9,004 nucleotides of DNA from Octopus sinensis (Eukaryota), in NCBI RefSeq assembly GCF_006345805.1, contig NW_021828217.1, forward strand, positions 1 to 9,004, given 5' to 3'. Below, piece by piece: positions 7,831 to 9,004 of the stretch (positions are counted from its first letter, which is position 1; each line of letters opens with the position of its first letter). The notes under the pieces were generated by a model. The model saw only the letters and a list, made by a program, of their open reading frames with translations. It was not told the DNA's origin and did not search any database. The position numbers were made by a program, and so were the translations under genes.

Positions 7831-8331
7831 ATTATTTTATTCATATTTTTTGACTTTGCCAAGTGTCTTAGGAGTTAAAATAATATTTTGTATTTAAATT
7901 TTTTTTATATGTGAATTATTCTTTGAAATTACAATAAATTTTTCGAAAAATCTCAAATCAGTATCACAAAATAAAAAGCATATTTATCCTTTTCTATTCA
8001 ATTTCAATAATAAACATTTTAGTCTCTTTTGAAACTGTAGTAACAATTGAGAATGTGTATGAAGTATAAATGAATGATATAGATGGGAAATGAAAGAAAA
8101 AAAAAGGACAAAAAGTTTTCAAAACAGTCAATATTTTTGTAGTTAAAAAATTGCGATTTATGACATAAAATGTCCTCTAGAATTAACCAGAGCTAATAAT
8201 GAGAACTTTAACTACTAAATATTATTAAACACCCCTCTGCAAATGCCATGTACATAAGCAATTCACTTTAAATACAACCAACAACCTGCAGTGAGACTGT
8301 TAACATCCTTACTTTGTGTTTTATTTACTTT

Positions 8332-8752
8332 GGATCGTTTCCTTTTGAACGGCAGTTTTTAACATAATTTCTAGGTAACTTAAAAATTTAATTTTCGTAT
8401 ACTGGTAGAATGTGTTTATAAAACATCTTTTTCTCTTGGCTTTATTGAGAAAATTCTATAGTTTGTAAGATATTTGTTGTTTTTTTCGTCAATTTCTGCA
8501 ATTTCAACTAATCACTGACGTCTATTGAGTTAAAAAACATTCTGTGCCGTATGAATATGTCCCTCGTTTAAAAAGCAGATTTGTGAAGAAAAAAAGATGC
8601 CATTTCCCCACTCCTAACCCTAACCCTAACCCTAACTAACCCTAACCCTAAAATAGATTGAAATTCAATAGATCGATACTAGGGTCATAATTATGGGTGA
8701 CAATTTCATATGACACCGTTAGAAAAAACTGTCGTTCAAACCGAAAAGGTCC
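8332..8752. mobile_element. 421-bp MITE-like non-autonomous DNA transposon with 29-bp imperfect TIRs; superfamily unassigned
   Basis: Left ggatcgtttccttttgaacggcagttttt (8332-8360) matches the reverse complement of the right end (8724-8752), ggaccttttcggtttgaacgacagttttt, at 24/29 positions. There is no ORF and no clear TSD. Confidence 0.85.
8613..8651 (-). repeat. Interstitial telomeric repeat (TTAGGG)n, about 6 units, inside the MITE
   Basis: The plus strand reads cctaac x4, taac, cctaac, cctaa. Confidence 0.9.
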
Positions 8753-8833
8753 CAATTTTGTTACAAATTAAGTCCTTTTTATAAAATATTTCAGCCAAAT
8801 GCATGTTCTAGTGCACTTCATAAACTAATAACC

Positions 8834-9004
8834 ACTCCGTCGCTTGCGACGATGAGCGCTCTCGTCGATCCGATCAATGAAACAGCCTGCTTGTGAAATT
8901 CACGTGCAAGTGGCTGAGTACTCCACAGACACGAATACTCTCAACGTAGTTCTCGGGGAGATTCAGCATGACACAGAGTGTGACAAGGCTGGTCCTTTTA
9001 ATCA
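8834..9004 (-). mobile_element. tRNA-derived SINE, family 2, 3' half (head lies off the right edge)
   Basis: Colinear with the reverse complement of about 5160-5323. Shared blocks include gtgaaatt, acgtgcaa, tggctgag, ccacagacacg, aacgtagttctcgg and gtgacaaggctg. Confidence 0.9.

Noticed and set aside
8613-8651. True chromosome end
   Set aside because: Only about 6 units, internal to a TIR element, with ordinary sequence on both sides.

Overview
This is AT-rich eukaryotic non-coding DNA made mostly of transposon fragments and microsatellites. No host gene can be supported, and most of the listed ORFs are translated microsatellites. The repeat families look like those I recall from octopus (coleoid cephalopod) genomes; that attribution is from memory and was not checked by a search. 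Positions 1-1592 are an (ATT)n/(TAA)n array interrupted by two R4/Dong-type non-LTR retrotransposon C-terminal fragments (minus strand), a tRNA-derived SINE and a 550-bp non-coding insert. The rest holds more tRNA-SINE copies from about three families, several in inverted orientation, and long (TA)n/(TATG)n/(TACA)n arrays. It also holds an orphan hAT-like end, a possible piggyBac-like end, a 421-bp TIR-bounded MITE carrying telomeric (CCCTAA)n, and a short unique island with a strong CTCF-like motif next to a palindrome. I found no evidence of a new protein-coding system. The best leads are the TAA-targeted insertion cluster, the telomere-repeat MITE and the CTCF-like island.
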